Source: Botryllus schlosseri (Eukaryota). Taken from it: 64,000 nucleotides of DNA. The position numbers were made by a program, and so were the translations under genes. Shown in pieces: positions 12,821-25,437 of the stretch; the stretch's first letter is position 1; each line of letters opens with the position of its first letter. The notes under the pieces are model-generated. The model was not told the DNA's origin, did no database searches, and saw only the letters and a program-made list of their open reading frames with translations. The DNA lies in contig CM119371.1 of the NCBI GenBank assembly GCA_051294905.1, positions 11,720,001 to 11,784,000 on the forward strand, given 5' to 3'.

Positions 12821-14833
12821 ATGTAATTAAGTTTCAACACTTTTACAATGATTCGTCTTGCTTCCTATAACATCCCACTCGAAGCCCTCGTTATTAGGCT
12901 ATGATCTCAGCCTGAGCTATGTCTTGAAGCCTACGGGAATCTGCAAATTGTTTCGATTTATTCTGTCAGTTTCAATTTAAGATAAGGGAACCCATTTCAC
13001 TCAATGTATCGATGCCTACGGTACTCTACAAAATTTTCTGATTAATTCTCCCTATGTTAATTTATCATAAGAAAGGTGATTTGAATCCTAAAGTACGAAA
13101 TACTTGTTCGCTTGAGCTGAGCCGCAGCGCTTGGAGTGGAATTTTACGAGGTATGTGGACTCATTTCGAAGGGCTCTATGCCATAGGAGCATACTTTACG
13201 CTCCAATTCGACTCCCATACATTCCATATAGTTACTAACAGAACCATTGAGTACCAGCCTGGAAATTTCGCGTAGCACTAGATGGTATGTATACAATTTC
13301 ATGACATCCGACAGTACGACGGAGACTATCAAAATATCGACAGAAGCCCTCTATTCTTTTCTGAAATAATCAAGGTTTTATCAGGACTTCCCTTCATATA
13401 AATTCCAGCAGAATCACTAATAACCTCTCAAGTTTACTCAATTTACTCTAATTTGACACTCGAGTTCTTAATCCCTATTTTCCGCAAGTATGATACAGGC
13501 TATCGCTCGATACTCAACGATTCGTAATTTTGCTGGAATACAAGTACAATTAGGGATTAAAAAGTAGCTAATATAGGTGGTTATGTTTGTAGATTATTTA
13601 CACTTCTATACTTGGCGGTTTTTCAGGAGAAACTACCTACTTTTAGGACTTTATATTTTAAAGTAGCTTTAGGTTACGTTTGTATCACTTTGACAAGTGC
13701 TATCATCAAAACTGCTTTTGCTAAACTCTTACACTTTCAGTAAACTTCTACACTGAATCTTGTAAAGTAGATAGAAGAGGAAAACTACTATCATAAGGTA
13801 CGTGAGAAGCACGCAAATTTTGATCGCATACAAATGCCACAAACCGCGCTGACTTTCAGAGTTGTTAAGTATAGAAGTACTCGTACTTCTTGAGAATACC
13901 CAAGTAGCTTTTTTGCCTAAATGCACCAAATACTCTCAAGTCCTTATTGGAGTACATCAACTTCATGATAGCTACAGTATAAAACAGAAATAGACCTAGA
14001 GTACTAACGTTTTACTTACTCGGAAATGACTGCTTCTACCTTATTTTAAAGGATTCCTCGCTCGGAGCGAAATTTTATGGGGTTTTGGATAATATCCAAG
14101 ATGTAGGGTCACTTTGAAGGGTACTTCGTAAAACTTAAATATTGCGCAGTGAGAGTTCGCAAATTTTCGAAGTATTTTTGTTATTTTTATTGCGATAAGT
14201 CATTCTGCGCCGCGAAAATGCGTCGTCGGATATAGAGGAAACTAGCAGCACTCATCAGGACCACTGAAAACAGTACATTTCAACATTTAGTAGCAGTAAA
14301 TTTCTAGTAAAGTACAAGAAGTGATGATTTCCGAGCGAGTTAAAAAGTAAGTATTGAAGGTATTGTTCGCTCGAAAACCGTAAAACTCTGAAATAGAAGT
14401 AGATGCAGTGTAGATAGTTAATCACTTCATTCAGTATAGCGCAATCAGGTCAAACCTATACTTGAGTACTCCAAAGTGTACAAGTACTTCGCTATGTACT
14501 CCCTCCACGTAAAAAGTGACTAGAGTTTAGAGTACTTTATCGATACTTGACAGTTTCAGTTTTAGATAAAATTCAGTAAGACTTTAAATTTTAAAGTAGT
14601 TTGAGCTTACGTTTGTATCACCTTGACAAGTAACATTATCAGACATGAAAATGATATTATAACCTAATACAGAAGTTAACACACGTCAATGTGCTTCGGA
14701 ATTCACGAGAAATTGCTTACTAAGAGGAGTATATTCTTGTATACACAATAGTGGAGAGAATCTTTAAAATGTAGTAAGCAGGCCGATGGGTATTCGTTGA
14801 GTTGTATAAGCATAAAAAAACATTCCCGCGCGC

Positions 14834-14879
14834 TCCTAAACCTAACACTTCCTAAGCCACCACCACCTAATACTAAGAC
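14834..14879. other. 46-nt non-palindromic centre (spacer) of the giant palindrome
   Basis: TCCTAAACCTAACACTTCCTAAGCCACCACCACCTAATACTAAGAC, bounded by CATTCCCGCGCGC and GCGCGCGGGAATG. Confidence 0.95.
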
Positions 14880-17800
14880 GCGCGCGGGAATGTTTTTTTA
14901 TGCTTATACAACTCAACGAATACCCATCGGCCTGCTTACTACATTTTAAAGATTCTCTCCACTATTGTGTATACAAGAATATACTCCTCTTAGTAAGCAA
15001 TTTCTCGTGAATTCCGAAGCACATTGACGTGTGTTAACTTCTGTATTAGGTTATAATATCATTTTCATGTCTGATAATGTTACTTGTCAAGGTTATACAA
15101 ACGTAAGCTCAAACTACTTTAAAATTTAAAGTCTTACTGAATTTTATCTAAAACTGAAACTGTCAAGTATCGATAAAGTACTCTAAACTCTAGTCACTTT
15201 TTACGTGGAGGGAGTACATAGCGAAGTACTTGTACACTTTGGAGTACTCAAGTATAGGTTTGACCTGATTGCGCTATACTGAATGAAGTGATTAACTATC
15301 TACACTGCATCTACTTCTATTTCAGAGTTTTACGGTTTTCGAGCGAACAATACCTTCAATACTTACTTTTTAACTCGCTCGGAAATCATCACTTCTTGTA
15401 CTTTACTAGAAATTTACTGCTACTAAATGTTGAAATGTACTGTTTTCAGTGGTCCTGATGAGTGCTGCTAGTTTCCTCTATATCCGACGACGCATTTTCG
15501 CGGCGCAGAATGACTTATCGCAATAAAAATAACAAAAATACTTCGAAAATTTGCGAACTCTCACTGCGCAATATTTAAGTTTTACGAAGTACCCTTCAAA
15601 GTGACCCTACATCTTGGATATTATCCAAAACCCCATAAAATTTCGCTCCGAGCGAGGAATCCTTTAAAATAAGGTAGAAGCAGTCATTTCCGAGTAAGTA
15701 AAACGTTAGTACTCTAGGTCTATTTCTGTTTTATACTGTAGCTATCATGAAGTTGATGTACTCCAATAAGGACTTGAGAGTATTTGGTGCATTTAGGCAA
15801 AAAAGCTACTTGGGTATTCTCAAGAAGTACGAGTACTTCTATACTTAACAACTCTGAAAGTCAGCGCGGTTTGTGGCATTTGTATGCGATCAAAATTTGC
15901 GTGCTTCTCACGTACCTTATGATAGTAGTTTTCCTCTTCTATCTACTTTACAAGATTCAGTGTAGAAGTTTACTGAAAGTGTAAGAGTTTAGCAAAAGCA
16001 GTTTTGATGATAGCACTTGTCAAAGTGATACAAACGTAACCTAAAGCTACTTTAAAATATAAAGTCCTAAAAGTAGGTAGTTTCTCCTGAAAAACCGCCA
16101 AGTATAGAAGTGTAAATAATCTACAAACATAACCACCTATATTAGCTACTTTTTAATCCCTAATTGTACTTGTATTCCAGCAAAATTACGAATCGTTGAG
16201 TATCGAGCGATAGCCTGTATCATACTTGCGGAAAATAGGGATTAAGAACTCGAGTGTCAAATTAGAGTAAATTGAGTAAACTTGAGAGGTTATTAGTGAT
16301 TCTGCTGGAATTTATATGAAGGGAAGTCCTGATAAAACCTTGATTATTTCAGAAAAGAATAGAGGGCTTCTGTCGATATTTTGATAGTCTCCGTCGTACT
16401 GTCGGATGTCATGAAATTGTATACATACCATCTAGTGCTACGCGAAATTTCCAGGCTGGTACTCAATGGTTCTGTTAGTAACTATATGGAATGTATGGGA
16501 GTCGAATTGGAGCGTAAAGTATGCTCCTATGGCATAGAGCCCTTCGAAATGAGTCCACATACCTCGTAAAATTCCACTCCAAGCGCTGCGGCTCAGCTCA
16601 AGCGAACAAGTATTTCGTACTTTAGGATTCAAATCACCTTTCTTATGATAAATTAACATAGGGAGAATTAATCAGAAAATTTTGTAGAGTACCGTAGGCA
16701 TCGATACATTGAGTGAAATGGGTTCCCTTATCTTAAATTGAAACTGACAGAATAAATCGAAACAATTTGCAGATTCCCGTAGGCTTCAAGACATAGCTCA
16801 GGCTGAGATCATAGCCTAATAACGAGGGCTTCGAGTGGGATGTTATAGGAAGCAAGACGAATCATTGTAAAAGTGTTGAAACTTAATTACATCTGTAATT
16901 CCGTCATTAAAGTTGACTACGCATAGGTACGTGCTACGCTCCCGCTAACAGATTCACGTGAAATCGGTATAGAACTGCGTTAGTTTTAAAGGTGTTCCAT
17001 CATGAAATGTGTGATGAAATTTGATATGTTCCATTGTCATAATGTCCTACACCTGTGAACCAATTTTCTAGTTGCGCATTCAATGTATAGCATGGTCATT
17101 TCGTTATTAAAGTTGATTATGCATAGGTACACGCTACTCTCCCGCAAAAGTCGGTGTCGAACTGCGCTAGTTTTAAAGTTGTTCAATCATGAAATGCGTA
17201 ACCGAATTTGACATGGTGCATTGTGTTACAACTGCGTACCGAGTTTCAAGGTGGGGAGTCGATTATCAACATGGTAATTTCGTTATTAAAGTTGACTATG
17301 TATACTGTATAGCTACGTGCTACGCTACGGACAAATAGATTTAGTCAAAAGTCGGTATAGAACTGCGTTGGTTTTAAAGGTGTTGCATCATGAAATGTCT
17401 GATGAAATTTGGTATGGTGTATATTCATTATGTCCTACAACTACATGCGTACCAAGTTTCAGGGTGGGGATTTGATTATAAGCATGGTACTTCCGTTATT
17501 GAAGCTTACTATGTATAGGTACGTGCTACGCTATCGAAAAACAGATTTACGCAAAAGTCTGTTTTCCTTTAGTTGATAATGCTTTGCGTGAGCGCTACGG
17601 CCTGATAAGATTATAGGTAGGTAGGCCTACATATTGGTAGAAGTTAAGACATGCCAATGTAACTTTCCACATTTCTGTCTATATCGATTCGGAATCCACC
17701 AGAAATTGGTTACTATGTGAGCGAAGTATTCTTGCAAAGCAACAGCACAGGCAAATTTATATTTGTTCGGTATGGACAATATTATAGAACATGATATTTT

Positions 17801-18670
17801 CACTTGGAGAGAAGACGAAATTTGATGTCATAAGGTAGGTCATTTTACAGTATCGTAAATCTCTGTCGCTATAATGCCCGTAATCGAATCAAATTTGACC
17901 TAAAATTAAGTTACAAACGCGGTATCGTAAATTAGTATATATTACTAAAATACAAACTCGGACGAAATCATGAATTTTTCAACTGCGTGCCTTTTCTCGT
18001 ATGTGTGGCTTATCCCTTGAAAAGAATGTGAATCCAAAGTGCATGTACGGATGGTAAGCAGCGTGAAATTAGACCTAACTGAAAATATCTTGAGGACATG
18101 CTACTACAAATATGATGTTTATGCTACTTATACTTGACAATCTTCATTTAAACCAACTCATGAATACTTACATTTTGCTTACTTGAGAATCACGACTTCC
18201 ACTTGCACTCGAGTATAAATTTATGGGTGCGTCTTCTACTTGAGTATCTATGAGTTTTCGTTTAGGAAAAACTAAAGCTAGTAGCCTCTATCTAACTTTA
18301 TCAGCTGTTGGGGTATTAGCGAGAATCCAATATAAACATGACGCTTTGGAACGTCGCTATGGTTAGTGTTATCGCGAATTAGCTATTCTCAATGAGGTTG
18401 TAATTAGCTACATAAGGTTAACGAAAGGTTCAGTTGTCTTCGCGGAGCTATATTATCCTTGATAGGTGGTAAGAGTATTCTGATTTAATGTTGGTAGAGT
18501 TTTTTGTTTATCTGTTTAGTTTTTTCGACATCGTAAGAATGATTGATCTCTATTTAGGTGAAATCTTAGTCCTCGCAAAGAATTAGACATACATTTATTG
18601 GGAGGGTTCTGGAAATAGTTGTGGATTGCCTCGAGGATGGTTAGAAAAAAATATATTCAGAATATATATT

Positions 18671-19505
18671 ATGGTGAATGTTTTTCGTTATGTATCGTAT
18701 CGTATCAGAAAAATGGCTCAGCGGGTGAAAAGACAATTAACTGTACAGAATATGGTGGAGCTTCTATTAAGACATGAAGATGAGAATCTAGCTGATCCGA
18801 ATACCTGGCGAAATATATTATCTGACTATCGTCCGTATTCAAATTCACTCTCGAAGAAGCGTAGAGAAGATGATATCAAATTTCTCAAGCGATTCCTTGT
18901 GCGTTATGAGATTCAAATTCTCATGGGAATGGCGGTGTTTCATGGAATATCAACAAGTCTTGTAGATGAAACTGATATAGTTTCTGTCTACTACCGATCT
19001 GAGCTCACCAGAGAAGAGTGGAGCGTAATGCTGAACTCATTTCATTCGAAAAATTGTTTGAGATGGGAGGGTATTTTATGTAGGAAGCTACTGATGTATA
19101 AGAGTTGCTGCTCGTTCTTCTTCGAAGACGTTGAATATAATGGTTTCGTTGAGCGATTACCAATTTTCCAGATTCGTGGGAACTGTAGAACTATTGGGTG
19201 TCATGTGAAATTCCACTTAATTTCACCATATAACAGCAAGCGAAATGTCCTCATAAAAGTGAATGAAACTATGATTGATTGTGAACGAATTTATCCGGAA
19301 ATTAAACGTGAAACTGAATGAATTCGACGTTAAGGGTAATATGCAAATTGTACCAATTTCGTTCCCCAAATTAGCGCCGAGAGCAGATGAATTTGATGTT
19401 TACTCTACGCAAATGGTAATGATTCGTATAATTAATGATGTATTATCGCATATTACGAATATAAAAAATCATTGTGGAAATGTGTTTATTGCTCTGAACA
19501 GGTGA
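18671..19505 (+). pseudogene. Frameshifted ~276-aa ORF, right-arm copy
   Basis: ATG at 18671. In ATGATTGATTGTGAAC at ~19271, deleting one GATT gives ...VNETMIVNEFIRKLNVK... through to the stop at 19505. Confidence 0.6.
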
Positions 19506-22500
19506 TTGGTGATATATTTCGAGCGATAGGGCTATGCGAGAGTTATTTAGCGAGATGAAAGTGATTGCAAATTCTACTCAGTAACTATTTTAGTTAGAAA
19601 TCGAGAACACAGGGTTACCGACTTTTACGCATATCTGTTTTGCGTGAACATAGCATATACCTATACATAGTCAATTTCAATAGCAGAATTAGCGTGTTAA
19701 ACATTGAATTCCCACCTTGAAAGTTGGTACGCGGTTATAGGACATTATAAAAATGCACCATACCAAATCCCATCACACATTTCATGATGGAACAACTTTA
19801 AAACTAACGCGACTCTACATCGGCTTTTTGCGTACATCTGTTTGTGGGAGCGTATAGCACGTACCCATACATAGCCGACTTTAATAACGGAATTACCATG
19901 CTTAACATTGAATACCAACTCTAAACTTGATACGTAGTTGTAGAGCCTTATGACAATGCACCATGCTAAATTTCATCACACATCTAATGATGGAACACCT
20001 TTGAAACTATCGCAGTCGAATACTGACTTTTAGGCATATCTGATTTTCGTGAACATAGCATATACCCATACATAGTCAATTTCAATAACAGAATTAGCAT
20101 GCTAAACATTAAATTCTCATCTTGAACGTTAGTACACAGTTGTAGGACATAATGATATTCCTGTACTTGCACTTCGAAATGATTTACTGACCGTCGGCCC
20201 CCTCCCCAAAATTTCGGGCTTTAGGAGTCAAATTGTCTTTCTTATGGTAAATTAACGTAGGGAGAATTAATCAGAATATTTTGTAGAGTATAGGCCTACT
20301 CTATACTGTAGGCATCGATACATTGAGTGAAATGGGCTTCCTTAAATTAAAACGGCTAGAATAAATCGAAACAATTTGCAAAGTGCGGTACGCATTGTAT
20401 TCGTAGTTTTCCGAGTAGCCTATGCGTCCGGTAGCAGTCGACCATGAGCAAGGTAGCTCGATAAGGTGCTTGGTTCGACTCTGAAACGCTTCTTCTCAAT
20501 GATCTCAGATAAATCCATTAAATTATGTTTGGCCTGCTTGTGGTATACTTAATGAATCATTCCTGTGTCATAAACACTTGAGTAGTTGGTGCGTGTAGAC
20601 AAAAACCTACTTGAGTACATAATTTTTATTTTCCATTAAAATTAGTATTCATTTTACAAAAACGTCGTGTAAAGTTAAAGTACTTGTACATTTCGGAGTA
20701 CTCAAGTATAGGTTTTGTTAGCTTATTATATGCTCAGTATATTATATGTCGAGAGTTGTGGAGCATTTATGCGGGTCTCCGGGGTGGTCTTCATTGAGTG
20801 TCCGTGTTGGGGGATAAGTTTAATTCGCAAAATTAGTGTGTTCAAATCAGGCCTGTCGCCAATATAGTGATGTCGCATTAGCCCTAAATACACATAATAG
20901 AATATCAAGGAAAAGTATCATCTAACGTATAATGAATGTTATTTATTTCTCGGAAGCAAGTTATTATCAAAACATAGTGGTCAAATTATCGCAGAGCAAT
21001 ACCGATTTTGCGTAAATTCCGTTATGCGTCTGACTACGTTACTAGGGATTATGTAGTTAGTTAGGAAATTAGGAGTCCTATCTTCCCAATCGGTATGGAA
21101 CAACATCAAAAGCATCACAAAGCAATATCGACTTTTGCGTGAATTCTGTTATGCGTTTTACTACGGTAGTATGCGCACCTACTTACAGATGTCCAGACGT
21201 GAACTTTCTACTATATTCGCTCCTAACATTATAGCAGCACCCGACGCAGCTTACATTATTACGTTATAAGACGCCGGCGGCGTTTCACTGTCAGTTTAAT
21301 CACCTTATTCTAGTGACATGAAAAGGACTGAATCGTATGAAATGTGGTCACTTCAAGAATCACGATTTTTCATTAAGTAGTTATGTTTCTAGGCTACTTT
21401 TACTTCTATTTCACGGGTTTTCATAGAAATCTGCTTACTTTTATAACTTTATATTTTGTGAAGTAGAGAGTAGTTTAAGGTTATGTTTGTCTAACCTTGG
21501 CGAGTGCTATTGTCACACTCGATCACCATCTTCAAATCATGGCTATCTCAATGATGTTGACTAAATTTTCGGCTTCAGAACGTGTTAATTAGACCTAATC
21601 GTTTTAACGCTGGGGTTCGCGTACAGGCATCGATAGAGTTTGTATAAATAAAGCCTTGCGAATCGCACGCCTACGGCTATAGTTCGTTCGATTATTTTCA
21701 CCTTGGGATTCGCGTATATGCTACTAAGCTGTTCCGACTTTAGAAAATTCTACAAGACTATTCGGAACGCGCACATGCGAGTGATTTGTTTCCGTAGCTC
21801 CGAACTGGAGAATCGCTTGCCTGCGTCTAATGAAAATAAGTCGTAAAATGTGGAGGCTGCAGAGACAGTAACTTGTATACATAAAATCAAGTTTAAAAAT
21901 ATGGACGGATGAGTTATCTCTGACCAATAGAGTAATATAACCGCCTATAGTTTAGTGGGGTATTGCTATAATGTATATCCAAACAATCGTTGCAGACTCT
22001 GAATGTTACCTAGGTCCTTATCACAAAAAATCATGCATCAGAAGCGTAGGGGTTCATATTATCAAGTCGCAGCGCTCAAAATCGCATTTTATATTAAGTA
22101 ATTAGTGATGATGTGTAGAATTTTGATATTAATAATATTATCCGGAGAATATAACCTTACATAGACATCATAGTTTTCGCATTTATGTATAATCTGAATA
22201 GGAATTTAAATACATAGTCCTAAATACACATAATAGAAAATCTGTCGATTCTAGCCAAGGTAAGTTTTGACGCAGCAATCATAAGTCGTAAAATGTGGAA
22301 ACTGCAGAAACCGTAACTTGTACACATAAAATCAAGTTAAAAAAATATGGACGGATGATATTAGTCCTAAATACACATAATACAATATCTGAGAAAAGTA
22401 TCAAGATGCGGCAATCAATGCAGCGATGATATAGCAATGGATGGATGATGTGGCAATAGGTGTGCTATAGGTGCGGCAAGGGGCGGATGATGTGACAATG

Positions 22501-22570
22501 TAGGCGTGGCAATTAAGGCGACGTGGCCTTCTCTGATTGGTGCGTACCGATTTCAGGTACCCTCACTACT

Positions 22571-23230
22571 CATATCCCACGGCAGATTAGAATAACTAAT
22601 GTTTCTCCAACGCCTTCATTGCAGTCTGTTGACACACTGCGTGATTATGATCAAGTTACTGCTTGTAATTTGGCTATTGGACAGCATCTCTTATCCCATC
22701 CAGAATGTGCTGATCATTACAATGACAGTCAACTTTCTAGTGGCCGTTCTCTTTTTCATTTAAAGGTCCTGGAATCTACGATCATAAAACTACGAAAGCC
22801 AATTCTCTGTCGCCAGAAGGAACGCCTCTACACTCTCGGAATATTTATATATGGAATATTTATGCGTTGTGTTTTCGGTTATTTATAACCGAATATGTAG
22901 GCTACTCGTTAACGTTTGTTTTGTACCGTTACTATACCGTATCTTGCCCGTCTACTAGTTGTTTGTTGTTGGTTTTTATTACGTCATAGACACAAAATGG
23001 TTCTTAAATTTCGAATTTGATCCACCCTATCACTGACGTTCGCTACTAATGAGGGTCAGTCGAAAATCTTTTAGCAAATAAATTAACAATATGAAGTTAT
23101 TGTTTCGCGTTCTTCTTTTTACGTTACTTTCTCTTTTACGCCTGATGAAGGAGCAGCGCTCCGAAAGCTCGTGTAACTAATAAAGTTATATTCATTCGCA
23201 AGTGGACGTTAAATAGAGTGTGAAAGCTAC
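22571..23230 (+). mobile_element. Penelope-like element, 3' part (rest of GIY-YIG domain plus 3' UTR/pseudo-LTR)
   Basis: HIPRQIR...AIGQHLLSHPECADHY...RSLFHLKVLESTIIKLRKPILCRQKE matches the typical PLE endonuclease C-terminus. It is followed by a hammerhead motif and AATAAA (23179). Confidence 0.8.
23136..23176 (+). ncRNA. Minimal type I hammerhead ribozyme (Penelope-associated)
   Basis: TTACGC-CTGATGA-A-GGAGC(AGC)GCTCC-GAAA-GC-TC-GTGTAA: intact CUGAUGA and GAAA core boxes, 5-bp stem II, stem I TTACGC/GTGTAA, and palindromic AGCT in place of stem III. Confidence 0.85.
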
Positions 23231-24366
23231 CAAGGTCTTACATTTACGTAGTAGAAATGCAAAAAGAGATATCATGATCATAAACGTCATTTTATTTTGA
23301 ACTATGAGCTCGTAGCTCACTAAGTTTGGATTTGAATAAAATAGTATTTATGGTGGACGATTCTTTAATTAATAATTATATTTTTGCTAACCGTAAATAC
23401 CACTACAACCGAACACTTTCAGGGGGTGTGAACAGAAAATTTCGACATTTTTTCTATAATAATTTTTGTATCAATAATTGAAACTTCGTCCTCATGTAAC
23501 AATGCGGCTACAGATTGGAATTGAACCAAATTTGGTGTGCAGGCTTAAATTGGGTAAACTGACAATTTTATCAAGTAGCCAGTACAATTTGAGAAAAAAA
23601 AAACTAATTTTTGATCGCCCCTAGTGTAGAGGTTATCGGCAGAGGACAAGGTCAAACAGGCAAACATTTCGGATTGGGAGTTGACAGTCTTGGCAAATTA
23701 GTAAACAGTCGTTTGAAATAGAAAATCCTAAATATTTTTACCGAATCTGTCCCAATGAAGGAATTGAAACCTTGGCACGAAATCCATTTTCTCCTGTGAT
23801 ATAACCACTAAATAAATTCAGTATGAGATGCTAGATAGAAATGAAGACGCCCGGGCTCTCTCTCACATCTGTATATCACATGATTTATGTCTTTCTTCTC
23901 GTACCACGTTACTGACTATTTATCAGCCCACGCATTTCAATTACAAACCAGACTCATCTGCGATATCCTACTGTATATTCCATGTATGTATATCCGACCA
24001 ATATATCTATCTGAGGCAATCCTGTCGCTGTATTCACGTTGAAGTTGCGAGATCAAGGACTTAACGCAGGAACGTGCGTCTTACTACTCACGAGCTAAGT
24101 ATAACTACCCAGCCACACATTACGTGGGACTCAGGTTACAACTCGAGAAGGTTATCAGACGACAGACCTTCCCATTTAATATATGTATAGGCTGGATGTG
24201 AAATGTTTATTAAACTCACACCAAAAGGTCCCGCTACGCGCGCTTAGGCTACACATATCGGCCCAATTCTAATTGTATTCTAATTTGGACAAGGCGCAGT
24301 TTTACAGTTGCTCAAGTCCGAATGGTAAGGGTCTATTGATAAATTGCCATCAAGGACCAAAAATCT

Positions 24367-25253
24367 TCAGTGAATCTTCTTCAGCTTCGCACCAAAAAGT
24401 TCTTCAAGAAATTTCACTTTCGATCTATCGGAAGGATACTCCTTAAATGATATACTGAAATCCTGCAAAGATAAAAATCACAATCGACCCAACTCCATTT
24501 TGAGGCAAAACAAACCTCGATGTTGAAGCGACCTTGATTCCATTCCTGGTATTGCCCTCCTTTACGAATCGAGATATTGATGGCGTCATCGTCCTTGTTT
24601 TTCAAATCGCCGGCATCCAGCTCGACTTTCTGAACATTGTGTCAGCTTAAAACCATCGTGACGCCATATCACACAGGCATTGATTATTATTGATCGCGTG
24701 TTCGGCTCTATATTCGGTTAAATGCGTTGAATGTGACTGACCTTCCAATGCAGGTTTCCAGACCACGATTCAATCCGAGGATGTCCGAGAAACGAACGGA
24801 GCGTGCGACCTGAGATGTTGTTGTTGTTGCGGCGCAAATTCACTTCCTCCACCTGAAACCGCTTTGTTGATCCACTGTGGAGGTATAACGCAACAAAACT
24901 ACTCACGTGGACTGGCTCCTTGAGACATCTCGCGATGACGGCCAACATCTCGTCGTCGATCTGGCAGTAGCGTAAATCCAACTCCCTAAGTCCCTGACTC
25001 CTCGCTACGAGCGTTCCAACGACATGAGCTTGATCGCGGCTCAATGGGGTACGAAATACATCGATGTCGTCAACGTGTTTCATGAGATCGACGTCGTCTG
25101 ATTCGTAGATCGTCATGTAAAGTTCCAGGCGAATAAGCCGCGTGAGTGTGTGCTCTTCGGGTGTCATGTATATGTATCGCTCTGTATGCATCTTCTTCAG
25201 CTGCGAGTGGATCGATCGAGCGAGGACTTTCCGCTTCATTGTTTGAGACGACA
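24367..25253 (-). CDS. NLR-type gene, 3' exons (helical/LRR-like region): 25253-24907, 24852-24742, 24629-24516, 24462-24367
   Basis: LRELDLRYCQIDDEML and VEEVNLRRN are RI-like LRR motifs. GT-AG introns of 54, 112 and 53 nt keep the frame to TGA at 24367-24369. The phase-1 acceptor at 25254-25255 matches the phase-1 donor of the NACHT exon. Confidence 0.75.
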
Positions 25254-25437
25254 CTGTGACGAGACGCACGGTGATAGACGGTCTCTACGCTGCACGCGTC
25301 ACAATGAGAGACATTCACACACTTGGGCGTCAGAACCTCGTCCTGGCGATCCATTGTTTACAGTGGATACAAGCAAACATCGTCTTCGTTTGTTGACATG
25401 TGGCATAAAGGTAGTTATGTAAGACATTCATTTATAC

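Larger units (their letters stand above)
7143..22570. mobile_element. Giant palindromic non-autonomous element with Polinton/Maverick-type ends
   Basis: Position i pairs with 29713-i from 7143/22570 to 14833/14880, and mirrored ORF pairs confirm this. Termini are 5'-AGTAGTGAGGGTACC. A 6-bp TSD CATATC lies at 7137-7142 and 22571-22576. No integrase, pPolB, ATPase, protease or capsid ORF was recognised. Confidence 0.9.

Noticed and set aside
13054..16659. Short mirrored ORFs near the palindrome centre as Polinton genes
   Set aside because: They are 62-73 codons long with no recognisable motifs, and their duplication simply reflects the palindrome.
7143..22570. Giant palindrome as a sequencing, amplification or assembly fold-back artefact
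   Set aside because: The flanks are unique on both sides, a 6-bp TSD is present, the interrupted Penelope ORF rejoins in frame, and the arms carry substitutions. Read-level confirmation is still advisable.
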